A stretch of DNA of 64,000 nucleotides, taken from Dehalococcoidia bacterium (GTDB taxonomy: Bacteria; Chloroflexota; Dehalococcoidia; Lucifugimonadales; DAOUAM01). A program made the translations under genes and the position numbers. The stretch is from contig DAOUAM010000052.1 of NCBI GenBank assembly GCA_034433305.1, forward strand, positions 2,210 to 66,209. The letters are read 5' to 3'. Below the pieces are notes generated by a model. It made no database searches. It was not told the origin of the DNA and saw nothing but the letters and a program-made list of their open reading frames with translations. Each line of letters opens with the position of its first letter. Positions within the stretch are counted from its first letter, which is position 1. This document shows positions 40,376 to 50,253 of the stretch, piece after piece.

Positions 40376-41530
40376 CTACTGTCCCATGGCGCCACGGCCG
40401 GCCCTGGCGGCCTGCTGGGCCAGCAAGCGCACGGCGATGCGGTTGTTCTCCCTGGCGCGCTCCTGAAGGGAGGGGAGCAGCTTGCCTATCCTGGCCTGGA
40501 TGTCCCTGCGCAGGTCCCAGGAGCGGTCAATGTAGGCAATCAACTGGCCCGCGTTGACCTGTTTGGCCGGAGGCATGTCTATCTCCAGCGCTTCCAGGAA
40601 GCCGCTCACCTTGTCGGCGTAAGGCAGCGCCACGAAAGGCACCTGCCGCATGGCCGCGAACATCAGGAAGTGCAGGCGCACGCCCACGGCAAAGGCAAAG
40701 TGGCCAATGAGCGAGAGCAACTGGCCTGGCGTGTACTCGCCCTTCAGGACTGTGGCGCGGTCAGCATGGGACATCTGGGCGATGACGGCGTGGGAGAACT
40801 GCATGTCCAGGTTGCGCCGCTCCATGGGCACGAAGACGAGGTCGGCGTCGAGCCTGTCTATCATGTAGTCGGCGGTGTTGGCCAGCATGGCCTGGTAGTG
40901 GGCCGGGTCTATATCGGGCGCGGCCACGCCAGGCTCGCGGACGGATACTCCCACCAGCCGGTGGCGGCGGTTCAGGCCCTCGGTCTCCAGAGCGCCAGAG
41001 GGCAACGGCTCTGGCTGCAGCAGCAGCGCCGGGTCCGCCGTGACCTGTATGTCGCGCACAACGCCGACCTGCTCCAGCAACTGGCGCGCTCGCCTCTCCC
41101 GCACCGTGACCTCGGTGGCCCTGTTCAGGCAGTCACGCACAAGCTGCTGTGCCGCCGCTTCCTGCAGTGGCCCGGCGCTTACGGCGTAGACCATCACCGG
41201 CAAGCCCATGTCCTCGGCCAGGGCGACCTCTCGCAGGTACATGGCCGCCTCGGCGTCGAAGAGGATCCCGCCGCCACCCAGGACAAACAGGTCGAGTCGC
41301 TCTATCTCCGGGGCGACCTCGCCACGAGAAAGCTCACGCACTGGCACCGCCCGCTCGACTTTATGGCGGGCCAGGGTGTCCCTGGGGTTGCGCGAGAATA
41401 CGGTGATCTCGACCGGAAGGGAACGCCTCAGTTCGGTGACCATGACCTGGAGGATAGCCTCGTCGCCCAGGTTCATGCCACCGTAGGAGCCGGAAATACC
41501 AACGCGAAAGGGCTGCTCCCTGCTGACCAT
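40376..41530 (-). CDS. polysaccharide pyruvyl transferase family protein
   Basis: ISGSYGGMNLGDEAIL...LGGGGILFD...VGVRLHFLMFA is a CsaB/WcaK-like pattern. Confidence 0.75.
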   Translation of the reverse strand: MVSREQPFRVGISGSYGGMNLGDEAILQVMVTELRRSLPVEITVFSRNPRDTLARHKVERAVPVRELSRGEVAPEIERLDLFVLGGGGILFDAEAAMYLREVALAEDMGLPVMVYAVSAGPLQEAAAQQLVRDCLNRATEVTVRERRARQLLEQVGVVRDIQVTADPALLLQPEPLPSGALETEGLNRRHRLVGVSVREPGVAAPDIDPAHYQAMLANTADYMIDRLDADLVFVPMERRNLDMQFSHAVIAQMSHADRATVLKGEYTPGQLLSLIGHFAFAVGVRLHFLMFAAMRQVPFVALPYADKVSGFLEALEIDMPPAKQVNAGQLIAYIDRSWDLRRDIQARIGKLLPSLQERARENNRIAVRLLAQQAARAGRGAMGQ

Positions 41531-41897
41531 CTGCCTTCTTACCTCTCCTCCACTTCCACAGCGTCCCCAAAAGCATGTGTGGAAAGCCCTTTTGCTTATC
41601 GTGCCTTCTCCCAGGCCTGCCCCAGAGAACGCTTACTGCTCGACATAAGGGGGGTGGCGTATAGTGGAACGGGCGCTGAGAGAACTCACCCTCAGTCTTT
41701 AAGGACACCAGGGGTGAGGTCGGCCCGGCCTCGCCAGCTTCCAGCTACCCTCAATAACTGTCTGCTCCTGGGCCACGCGCCGAGGGGGCATGGCCTGACC
41801 TCTCTCTGGCTATTACCCAACAAATAGTAGCTGAAAGCCGCGTCAGTGGCGTCGTCACATACGATTAGAGGCACCCAACAAAACGTCCGCGCCGGCG

Positions 41898-44408
41898 TCA
41901 GCTAGCCTCGTCGGCCAGGCTGGCCTGGTACTGCTGGAGACGCTGGGCCAGGCCGGCGTGCTCCGGCCGGGCAAGCTCAGGGTCGCTTTTGAGCAGGCGC
42001 GCGGCCTCGCGGCGGGCCAGGTCCAGGATGTCCTGGTCGGACAGGCGGGCCACATTCAGGTCTGGCAGGCCGCTCTGGCGTGTGCCCAGGTAGTCGCCGG
42101 GGCCACGCAGCTCCAGGTCCTTCTCGGCCAGTCTGAAGCCGTCGTGAATGGCCACCAGGGCGTTCAGCCGCTCCCGGGCCTCCTCGCTGATGGAGTCGGC
42201 CACCAGGACGCAGTAGCTCTGGTGCTGGCCGCGGCCTACCCTGCCCCGGAACTGGTGGAGCTGGGCCAGGCCGAAGCGGTCGGCGCCGTCTATGAGCATC
42301 ACCGTGGCGTTGGGCACGTCTATGCCCACCTCCACCACCGGCGTGGACACCAGGATATGCAGCTCGCCTCGCTTGAACTGGTCCATCACCTGCTGTTTCT
42401 CGGCCAGGGACATGCGCCCGTGGAGCAGGCCCAGCCTCAGGTCGGGGAACACCTCGGCGGACAGGCGCTCGTGCTCCTTCGTGGCGGCGGCCGCCTGTAT
42501 CGCCTCCGACTCCTCGATGAGCGGGCAGACGATGAAGGCCTGACGCCCCTTCATGACCTCAGACCGGACGAGGTTGTAGGCCAGCGCCCTCCGTTCGCCC
42601 TCCACGAAGCGCGTCCGCACCTCCTGGCGCCCGGGCGGCAGCTCGTCAATGATGGACATGTCCAGGTCACCATAGAGGGTAAGGGCCAGGGAGCGAGGGA
42701 TAGGCGTCGCCGACATGGCCAGCAGGTGGGGCCGCTGGCCCTTCTGGCGCAGGGCGGCCCGCTGCATGACGCCGAAGCGGTGCTGCTCGTCCACCACTGC
42801 CAGGGCCAGTCGGGGTATCTCCACGTCCTCCTGTATGAGGGCGTGGGTGCCGATGACGATGTCCACCTGGCCGGCCGCCAGGCGCTGGTGCATGTCCTCC
42901 TTGGCGCGCCGGGGCATGCTGCCCAGCAGCAGGCCAATGACTATGGGCCGGGGAAGACCGCCCAGGCGCACCGACACCAGGTACTCCTCCGGCATTGCCT
43001 CGGACAGCCTGGAGAGCAGGCCCGACACGGTGAGGAAGTGCTGCTCGGCCAGTACCTCGGTGGGGGCCATAAGGGCGCCCTGGAAGCCGTTGGCGGCGGC
43101 CACCAGCAGCGCGGCCAGCGCCACCACCGTCTTGCCGCTGCCCACGTCGCCCTGGAGCAGCCGGCCCATGGGGGTGGTCCTGCCCATATCCTCCAGGACC
43201 TCCCGCAGCGCCCTGGCCTGGGCGCCCGTCAGGGCGAAGGGCAGCGAGCCGAGGAAGGCGTCCAGCAGCTCCCTGTCCGCCCGCAGCGGGACGCTCTCGC
43301 CCTGCTCCTGCCACTGCTGCCTGCGCCTCAGCAGGACGAGCTGCATCAGGAACAGCTCGTCGAAGGCCAGGCGGTAGCGCGCCGCCTTCCAGGCCGCGAG
43401 GGTGTCGGGGTAGTGCATCTGGGCGATGGCGTCCTGGAGGCCCACCAGGCCGGCGCGGTGCCGGATGTCCTCAGGCAGAAAGTCCGCCACCCTGGGAAGG
43501 GCGACCTCCAGGGCCTGCTTCACTGCTCTCCGCAGCGTCCTCTGGTAAAGCCCTTCCACCAGGTGGTACACCGGCACCAGCCGGCCGGTGTGCACCAGCT
43601 CCTCCTGGCCGCGCAGCAACTCCCAGTCTGGCGACTCGAAGACCAGCATCCCACGGAACACGCTGATCTTGCCGCTGAGGACGACCTGGACGCCTGGCTT
43701 GAGCGCGCTGGCGACGAACTTGTTCCTGAACCAGACAGCCCGCACGTTGCCCGTCTCGTCCCCCAGGATGGCCTGGGTGGACTTGAAGCTCTGGTTGCCC
43801 AACTGGGTGACCTCGGCCTCCCAGACGGTCAGGACAGCGGTCTGGTCCTCGCCGGGCCGCAACTGGGCGACCTTGCGGATGTTGGCGTAGTCGTTGTGGC
43901 GAAAGGGGAAGTGGTATATCAGGTCGCGCACCGTCTGGATGCCCAGCTTCCGCAGCTTTGCCGCAGTCTGGACCGAGACACGGTGGAGGCGGGTGACATC
44001 GTCATCCAGGGAGATACTGGCTGACGCCGGCTTGCCTGCTGGCCGAGGCTTTGGAGAAGCGGCGCTCACTCCGGCGGCGCGGCCAGCAGACTGGTGCGGC
44101 CTGGCCCTCGGCCCTGGTGTGGCCCGCGATGCCTCTGGACTCGTGGCGCTGCTCGCCTGCTCTCCATCTCTCACGCTGGCTGGCTTTCCCGCGAGTTTGG
44201 CCAGCACAGCTTCCGCCCATGCCCTGCGCTGGTCCTGCGTGAGGCTGGAGTAGGAGACCAGCTCGCCCAGCACCGGCCTCAGCTCTTCGGCCTTGTTTTG
44301 CAGGAACCTGTCGAGGCCGCCGGTGACTGTCCTGTCGCCAAACCCCCGCTTCTGCTCCTGCTGGAGGATCTTCCTCAGGGTCTCGGAGGCTGGGCTGGTG
44401 CCTGGCAT
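41898..44408 (-). CDS. recG: ATP-dependent DNA helicase RecG (with N-terminal extension)
   Basis: Wedge plus SF2 helicase motifs: GDVGSGKTVVA, DEQHRFGV, MSATPIPR and QLHQFRGRVGRG. The start is set to ATG 44408 (MPGTSPAS). The rest of the 1012-aa track ORF overlaps degV out of frame. Confidence 0.9.
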   Translation of the reverse strand: MPGTSPASETLRKILQQEQKRGFGDRTVTGGLDRFLQNKAEELRPVLGELVSYSSLTQDQRRAWAEAVLAKLAGKPASVRDGEQASSATSPEASRATPGPRARPHQSAGRAAGVSAASPKPRPAGKPASASISLDDDVTRLHRVSVQTAAKLRKLGIQTVRDLIYHFPFRHNDYANIRKVAQLRPGEDQTAVLTVWEAEVTQLGNQSFKSTQAILGDETGNVRAVWFRNKFVASALKPGVQVVLSGKISVFRGMLVFESPDWELLRGQEELVHTGRLVPVYHLVEGLYQRTLRRAVKQALEVALPRVADFLPEDIRHRAGLVGLQDAIAQMHYPDTLAAWKAARYRLAFDELFLMQLVLLRRRQQWQEQGESVPLRADRELLDAFLGSLPFALTGAQARALREVLEDMGRTTPMGRLLQGDVGSGKTVVALAALLVAAANGFQGALMAPTEVLAEQHFLTVSGLLSRLSEAMPEEYLVSVRLGGLPRPIVIGLLLGSMPRRAKEDMHQRLAAGQVDIVIGTHALIQEDVEIPRLALAVVDEQHRFGVMQRAALRQKGQRPHLLAMSATPIPRSLALTLYGDLDMSIIDELPPGRQEVRTRFVEGERRALAYNLVRSEVMKGRQAFIVCPLIEESEAIQAAAATKEHERLSAEVFPDLRLGLLHGRMSLAEKQQVMDQFKRGELHILVSTPVVEVGIDVPNATVMLIDGADRFGLAQLHQFRGRVGRGQHQSYCVLVADSISEEARERLNALVAIHDGFRLAEKDLELRGPGDYLGTRQSGLPDLNVARLSDQDILDLARREAARLLKSDPELARPEHAGLAQRLQQYQASLADEAS

Positions 44409-44416
44409 GGGTAGCG

Positions 44417-45262
44417 TCAGTCCACGGCGCGGAGCAGCCCGATGCCCAGCGCTCCGGGGCCAACGTAGGTCCCCAGCACTGGGCCGAAGCGCGCCAGATA
44501 GGGAGTCTTGCCTTGTGGCAGCAGGTCGGCCAGGTCCCTGGCGACCTGCTGGGCATCTTCTGGGGTAGTGCTGTAGAGGACGGCCATCTCCTCCACGGGG
44601 GCGAAGCTGCGGGCGACCTCCTTGAGCCGGGCCAGGCCCTTGGGGCGAGTGCGCGGCCTGTCCAGCGGGTGGACCTCGCCGTCCCGGACGATGACCATGG
44701 GCTTGACCTTCAGCAGCGAGCCTACCATGGCCTGGGCCTTGCCGATGCGTCCGCCCTTTTGCAGGTACTCCAGGGTGTCCAGCAGCACGAAGCAGCGGCA
44801 GCGGCTGGCGGCATGCCGCGCGGCGCTGACCACCTCCTGGAGGCTGACGCCCTGCTTGGCCAGCCTGGCCGCCACCATGGCCACCAGGCCCACGCCCATG
44901 GAGGCCTGATAGGTGTCCAGCACCTCGATGGGGCAACTGATGCTGACCTGCTCCTTCGCGCGGCCAGCGGCGTTCATGGTGCCGCTGACCCTGGAGGAGA
45001 TGTGCACCGAGAGTATGCCATCGGCGCCCTTGCTCAGGCGCTCGTAGACCTCCATGAATGCGCCTATGGACGGCGCGGAGGTCGTGGGAAGCTCAGCGCT
45101 CTCCTTCAGGCGGCGGTAGAACTCGTCGGGGAGCATGTCCACGCCGTCCCTGTACACCTGGGCGCCGAAGTGGACGTTCAGGGGCACCACCGTGATGTCC
45201 AGGCCCTGGGCCAGGTCGCTGGGCAGGTCTGAGGTGCTGTCGGTGACGACTCTAACTGCCAT
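44417..45262 (-). CDS. DegV family fatty-acid-binding protein
   Basis: VRVVTDSTSDLP...TSAPSIGAF...HISSRVSGT. Confidence 0.88.
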   Translation of the reverse strand: MAVRVVTDSTSDLPSDLAQGLDITVVPLNVHFGAQVYRDGVDMLPDEFYRRLKESAELPTTSAPSIGAFMEVYERLSKGADGILSVHISSRVSGTMNAAGRAKEQVSISCPIEVLDTYQASMGVGLVAMVAARLAKQGVSLQEVVSAARHAASRCRCFVLLDTLEYLQKGGRIGKAQAMVGSLLKVKPMVIVRDGEVHPLDRPRTRPKGLARLKEVARSFAPVEEMAVLYSTTPEDAQQVARDLADLLPQGKTPYLARFGPVLGTYVGPGALGIGLLRAVD

Positions 45263-45275
45263 GCTCCACCGTCGC

Positions 45276-46943
45276 TCAGTCTATGGAGACGATGTACGGA
45301 TAATAGGGCTGCCCACCCTCCAGCGCCTGGCCTTCGGCCCCAGGGAAGGCCTCCAGGACCTGCGCCAGGGCGCTTTCGGCGTCCTCGCCGCTAACGTCAG
45401 CGCCGTAGTAGAGGGTGACGAAGTTGCCCTCGGCCACGCCGGCCTCGCGCAAGAGGGCCAGCAGGACCTGGGTCAGCTCGTCGCCTGCCGCGACGAGTTG
45501 GCGGTCCAGCAGGCCGATGAACTGCCCCTGCCTGACGGCGACGCCTCGAAGCGTCACTGGCCGGACCGCCCTGGTGATTTCGCCCGTGCGCACCCTGGCA
45601 AGCTCGCGCTCCATACTGCGCACGTTAGTCTCCAGGTCGCGCTCCGGATTGAAGGCCAGCAGCGCTGCCAGGCCCTGGGGAATGCTGGCGCTGGGCACAA
45701 CTCGCATGGGCTTGCCGGCCATTTCAGCGGCCAACCTGGCCGCCGGGACGATGTTGCGGTTGTTGGGCAGGAAGACCACGGCGTCGGCGGCGGCCCTGGT
45801 CACGGCGTCCAGTATCTCCTGCACGCTGGGATTCATGGTATCGCCGCCGGGCACGATTTCCACGGCCCCCTCCTGAAGGAAAAGCTCTTCCAGGCCTCTT
45901 CCCCAGGCCACGGCCACCACGCCCACGGGCACAGCCGGCGCCCTGACAGGGCGACGCTGGTACTGAGCATACTCGCGGTGCTGCCTGTCCATATCCTGGA
46001 CGCGCAGCCCGCTTACCGTGCCCAGGGAGGCGGCGTAGTCTGTGATGGGAGCGGGGTCATCGGCGTGAACGTGGACGGTGACGGTGGCCTCGTCGCCGCC
46101 GACGACGGGCGAGCGGCCCAGGCTGGACATCCGCTCCCGGATGGCGTCGGGGTCGAGGCCCTGGCCCTGCAGCACGAAGTGGATGCAGTAGCCGTAGGTC
46201 TCCTCGGCGGCGGTCGCCAGGAAGCGCTCCGAGACGGTGCCCGTGACGCCGTCCACGCCTACGGGTACCGGCGTGGCGATCTCCAGAGCGTCTATGTCCT
46301 GGCCCGCCAGGCAGGCCCTGAAGCCCTCCAGGATGACGTAAATCCCCTGGCCTCCGGCGTCCACGACACCCGCCTCGCGCAGCACCGGTAGCAGCGTTGG
46401 TGTGAGCGCCACGGCCTCTCTGGCGGCGTCACAGATGGCATCCAGCAGGGCGGGGAGAGTGTCGCCGGCTGCGGCGCTGTCCTGGGCAGCCTGAGCGGCC
46501 CGGCTAATGACCGTGAGCACCGTGCCCTCCACTGGCTGCGCCACCGCCCTGTACGCCCTGTCCCGCGCCTGCTGGAAGGCCGAGGCCAACTCGGCGGGGC
46601 CAGCGTCGGCCTTGTCCTTGAGGCCATCGGCGAGGCCCTTGAAGAACATGGACAGGACGGCGCCGCTGTTGCCCTTGGCCGCCATGATGGAGCTCCTGGC
46701 CATAATGGCTGCCACCTCGCCGGCGGAGCCGCCCTGGAAAATCTCCACATCCCTGGTAGCCTCGCGCATGGTCGCGGACATGTTGGTGCCCGTGTCGCCG
46801 TCGGGCACGGGGTAAACGTTGAGGGCGTTCAGGATGCCCGCATGCCGCTCCAGCACGCGCATGGCGGCGCAGAGCATGGCCCGCAAGTCGTGTCCGTCCA
46901 GGCGGGCCTTACCGGGGGGAATGCACTGGCGCTGACTCATCAA
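45276..46943 (-). CDS. yloV: DAK2-domain fusion protein (YloV family)
   Basis: N-terminal DhaL-like domain with DGDTGTNM. The size (555 aa) fits, as does the conserved neighbourhood with rpmB and recG. Confidence 0.85.
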   Translation of the reverse strand: MMSQRQCIPPGKARLDGHDLRAMLCAAMRVLERHAGILNALNVYPVPDGDTGTNMSATMREATRDVEIFQGGSAGEVAAIMARSSIMAAKGNSGAVLSMFFKGLADGLKDKADAGPAELASAFQQARDRAYRAVAQPVEGTVLTVISRAAQAAQDSAAAGDTLPALLDAICDAAREAVALTPTLLPVLREAGVVDAGGQGIYVILEGFRACLAGQDIDALEIATPVPVGVDGVTGTVSERFLATAAEETYGYCIHFVLQGQGLDPDAIRERMSSLGRSPVVGGDEATVTVHVHADDPAPITDYAASLGTVSGLRVQDMDRQHREYAQYQRRPVRAPAVPVGVVAVAWGRGLEELFLQEGAVEIVPGGDTMNPSVQEILDAVTRAAADAVVFLPNNRNIVPAARLAAEMAGKPMRVVPSASIPQGLAALLAFNPERDLETNVRSMERELARVRTGEITRAVRPVTLRGVAVRQGQFIGLLDRQLVAAGDELTQVLLALLREAGVAEGNFVTLYYGADVSGEDAESALAQVLEAFPGAEGQALEGGQPYYPYIVSID

Positions 46944-47077
46944 CGTTGCCGGGAGCTACCTGTTGTGCTATCTTTGATACGTCGTTCACAATGACTTTTG
47001 TCTGCGCCCTTCGCTGGGCCGCCGGTGAAGTTTAACCGATTCTACCCAATCCTTTCGATGTTAGTCAAAGGTGAATT

Positions 47078-47281
47078 ATGGCAAGATGTGAGGTGTGTTT
47101 GAAGTCTGGGCAGACGGGGAACAACGTCAGCCACTCCAAGCGCCATACCAAGACCCGCTGGTTTGCCAACGTCCACAGGGCAACGGTCATCCAGGACGGC
47201 AAGCCCAGGCAGATTAACATCTGCACCCGCTGCCTGCGGGGCCAGTACAAGTCTGCCAAGACTGCAAAGATAAAGGCCTGA
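47078..47281 (+). CDS. rpmB: 50S ribosomal protein L28
   Basis: MARCEVCLKSGQTGNNVSHSKRHTKTRWFANV... Confidence 0.93.
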   Translation: MARCEVCLKSGQTGNNVSHSKRHTKTRWFANVHRATVIQDGKPRQINICTRCLRGQYKSAKTAKIKA

Positions 47282-47529
47282 ACAGGTAGCTATAACGGAG
47301 CGCCTCGCCCCCGGACGGGTGACGTGGCGTGCAGGCAGAGTCAGGCGTCACCCCTGTAGCACCCTGTCCAGTCTGTCACCTCGACAGGCGCGGGGCTTGC
47401 CGGAGGGTAGGCCATGGACTGGCCGACGCCATGCCCTTGGGTACTGTGGGTGAGGTAAGGTTGCATGCCACTCCACGCCCTTTCCGGCTCCGTGGGGACG
47501 GGGCACTCACTTTTGAGGCGGACTAGAAG

Positions 47530-48789
47530 TTGCACATCCTTCTGGTAGGACTGAACCACAAGACGGCACCCCTGGAGGTGCGCGAGGAGGTCTCCTTCCC
47601 CCGGGAGGAGCTGCTGGACGCCCTCCCGCGCCTGAAGGAGAGGGTGGGCGAGGGCGTTATCCTGTCCACGTGCAACCGCACCGAGGTCTATACCATAGCC
47701 CACAGCGCTGCCAGTGCCGCCGGCGCAATCAGGCAGTTCGTGGCCGAGTACCACGGCCTGGCGGCGGAGGCGCTGTCTCCCCACCTGTACGAGTACACCG
47801 ATGCCCGGGCCGCGCGCCACCTGTTCCGGGTGGCCGGCGGGCTGGACTCCATGGTGCTGGGCGAGCACCAGGTGCTGGGCCAGGTCAGGGCCGCGCTGAC
47901 CGCCGCCTCCCGGTCAGGCTCCCTGGGCGTGCCGCTGTCCCGGCTGTTCCATGGCGCCATCCGCGCGGGCCGCCGTGTGCGCGAGGAGACGGACATAAGC
48001 CGCAACGCGCTGTCCATAAGCTACGCCGGCGTGCAGCTTGCCCAGCGCACCCTGGGCAGCCTGTCCGGCCTGCGGGTGCTGCTGGTGGGCGCCGGCGAGG
48101 CAGGCCAGCTCGTGGCCAGGGCACTTCGCCCTCTGGGAGTCAGCGACCTCATGATTGCCAACCGCACGCGGGCAAGGGCGGAGGAGCTGGCGCGCCAGTT
48201 GGGTGGCCGCACCGTGCCTATGGCGGAGCTCCAGCGCGCCCTGGTGGACGCCGACATAGTCATATCGGCCACCGACGCGCCGGGCGCCATCATAAGCAGG
48301 GACATGGTGAGGGAGGCTATGCCCCAGCGCGCCCAGAGGCTGCTCTTCCTCTTCGACCTGGCCGTGCCCCGCGACATAGACCCTCTGGCCGGGGAGATGG
48401 AAGGCGTCAGGCTGTTCAACATAGACGACCTCTCGGCCATCGCTGAGGAGAACCTGGAGACGCGCAGGCAGGCTGTGGCCGACGCCGAGGCCGTCATCGA
48501 GGAGGAGCTGGCGCGGTTCATGAGGTGGTGGGAGTCCCTGGAGGCGCTGCCAGTGTTCAGGGCGCTGCGCCGCCAGGCCGAGGACATCCGCCAGCGGGAG
48601 TTGGCCCGCGCCCTGCGCAAGCTTTCCAGCCTCACGCCAGAGCAGCAGGAAGTCGTCAACGCCCTCACCCGCTCCATCGTCCGCAAGCTGCTCCACGACC
48701 CGACCATCGCCCTGAAGCAAGGCTCCAGCGCCCAACTCCAGGCGGCGCGGGAGCTTTTCAGGCTGCAGGATGGGGGGACCCAGTACTGA
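47530..48789 (+). CDS. hemA: glutamyl-tRNA reductase
   Basis: LLVGLNHKTAPLEVRE, STCNRTEVY and the NADPH site LLVGAGEAG. It has a TTG start. Confidence 0.9.
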   Translation: MHILLVGLNHKTAPLEVREEVSFPREELLDALPRLKERVGEGVILSTCNRTEVYTIAHSAASAAGAIRQFVAEYHGLAAEALSPHLYEYTDARAARHLFRVAGGLDSMVLGEHQVLGQVRAALTAASRSGSLGVPLSRLFHGAIRAGRRVREETDISRNALSISYAGVQLAQRTLGSLSGLRVLLVGAGEAGQLVARALRPLGVSDLMIANRTRARAEELARQLGGRTVPMAELQRALVDADIVISATDAPGAIISRDMVREAMPQRAQRLLFLFDLAVPRDIDPLAGEMEGVRLFNIDDLSAIAEENLETRRQAVADAEAVIEEELARFMRWWESLEALPVFRALRRQAEDIRQRELARALRKLSSLTPEQQEVVNALTRSIVRKLLHDPTIALKQGSSAQLQAARELFRLQDGGTQY

Positions 48790-48817
48790 GGGGGCGGGGC
48801 GTCTAGAGATAGAAAGG

Positions 48818-48845
48818 CCAGGGCCTGCGTTGTCGCAGGCCCTGG
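48818..48845. terminator. 12-bp GC stem-loop between convergent hemA and the HTH-REC gene
   Basis: CCAGGGCCTGCG-TTGT-CGCAGGCCCTGG. A T-rich tail (CCTTTCTATCT) is present only on the minus-strand reading. Confidence 0.5.
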
Positions 48846-48890
48846 TGGTCTATGGAGGGTCGTGGCCCGGAAGGGGCCTGGCCGTGGTTA

Positions 48891-49415
48891 CTAGAGGACT
48901 GCGTTCTTCTTGAGGGGCAGGGTGGACAGCGTGTTCCTGATGTCAGTGCCGGAGGTAGGCCGCTTCATCAGGGTGAAGGGGCCAATCTCCATGGCCTGGT
49001 CGAAGAGCTTGCCGTCTGGTGCGCCCACAATGATGACCACCTGGGTGTTTTCCGAGGTGGCCCGGATGCGCCGGAACGCCTCCAGGGCTGACTTCTTGAG
49101 TTCCAGGAACGCCACGTCGAACTGGCGCTGGCCCACCAGGGCAGCGGCCTCCTCGGCGTTGGACACGGTCAGGACGTCGAAGGCCTCCGAGGGCAACTCC
49201 GAGTCGAAGAGCTGCCTTGTGGCCTGGTCGCTGTCCACTACTAGCACCGACGTTCGCTGACCGATGCGCAGGGAGCGGATCCACTCGTCAATGTCGGTCC
49301 GGAAGAACCGCCACTGATGGCCGATACGGGATGCCGGGATGCTTCCCTCTTTGAGCATCTTGTAGATGGTCATCCTGTCCAGCCGCAGGTACTCGCTCAG
49401 TTCTCTGACCGTCAT
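48891..49415 (-). CDS. excisionase-family HTH fused to an atypical (pseudo-)receiver domain
   Basis: N-terminus: MTVRELSEYLRLDRMTIYKMLKEGSIPASRIGHQWRFFRTDIDEWI (HTH_17 type). C-terminal REC-like fold: VLVVDSD...FDVAFLELK...VVIIVGAPD...LMKRP, with Glu at the phospho-acceptor position. An alternative GTG start lies at 49451. Confidence 0.65.
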   Translation of the reverse strand: MTVRELSEYLRLDRMTIYKMLKEGSIPASRIGHQWRFFRTDIDEWIRSLRIGQRTSVLVVDSDQATRQLFDSELPSEAFDVLTVSNAEEAAALVGQRQFDVAFLELKKSALEAFRRIRATSENTQVVIIVGAPDGKLFDQAMEIGPFTLMKRPTSGTDIRNTLSTLPLKKNAVL

Positions 49416-50253
49416 TGGCGGCTCCAAAGCCTTTTCCTCCTTAACGTACACTTGGCAACTCTCCTCCGTCAGAATTTCATGCAGGCTTGTTAGTTATATA
49501 TTATCTTGAAATGGCTTTAAATAAAAGCCTTTTCCCCTAAAATCCGGTTTATATACCACATCAGTCCCCTGTTATATGAACGCTCCGCCATGCCGGGAAG
49601 TTGCCTGTGCATCCTGGCTGGGCAGGGCGTGGGACCTCGTGGTGTCCAGGCCAGGTGGTCCACCACCGCTGTGTCATGGGCGTCCGCTGGCGGTGAGTGA
49701 CAGGCGCCGGGTGAGGCTGTGGCTGTGGGGAGGACAGGCTTTCCCTGACTGATGGACGGGAGGGAGCTTTCCATCAGCAGAGCAGCGATGAGGCCAGGTG
49801 ACCTTTAATGTGTGTGACGTAACCGTATCTACCTTGCTCTCTAGCACTCAGTCCCCGGGGCGCCACGCTGACAGCGCGCCAGGGCAACCTCGCAGCCATC
49901 AGGCCGGTGCGGCCTGCGCTCGCGGCCACTTCCACGATAGAAGGGCCCCTGTTTCTTTGATAACCTTCCAGTAAAGTTTATCAAGCTGGGGAACGTTGTG
50001 TCAATCTGGGATAATGCATGCATGACAATGCTATGAACCGGCCAGCGAAACAAATATTGAGATATAACATAACTTGTATTATATCTTGCTATATCGCCGG
50101 CGCTCCCCTGTGGCATTGCCGCGTGGCGCCGCTCCGCCATGGTGGCACGCGGTCAACAGAGGGGTGTATATTGGGTGTGACGCCAAGCTTCAGAGGCCTG
50201 CCCTTGGCCAGGCAGGCCAGCCATAAAGGGCAAGGGACCCAGGCCGGCCGCAG

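Noticed and set aside
44409-44936. 5' extensions of track ORFs. Examples: RecG to 44936, hpf ORF from 1967, NHL ORF to 4493, argJ to 25987, sir from 51266, nitroreductase from 55176.
   Set aside because: The extensions overlap the neighbouring gene out of frame or run through terminator hairpins. They also lack family similarity. In each case an internal start with a good Shine-Dalgarno sequence coincides with the start of the conserved domain.
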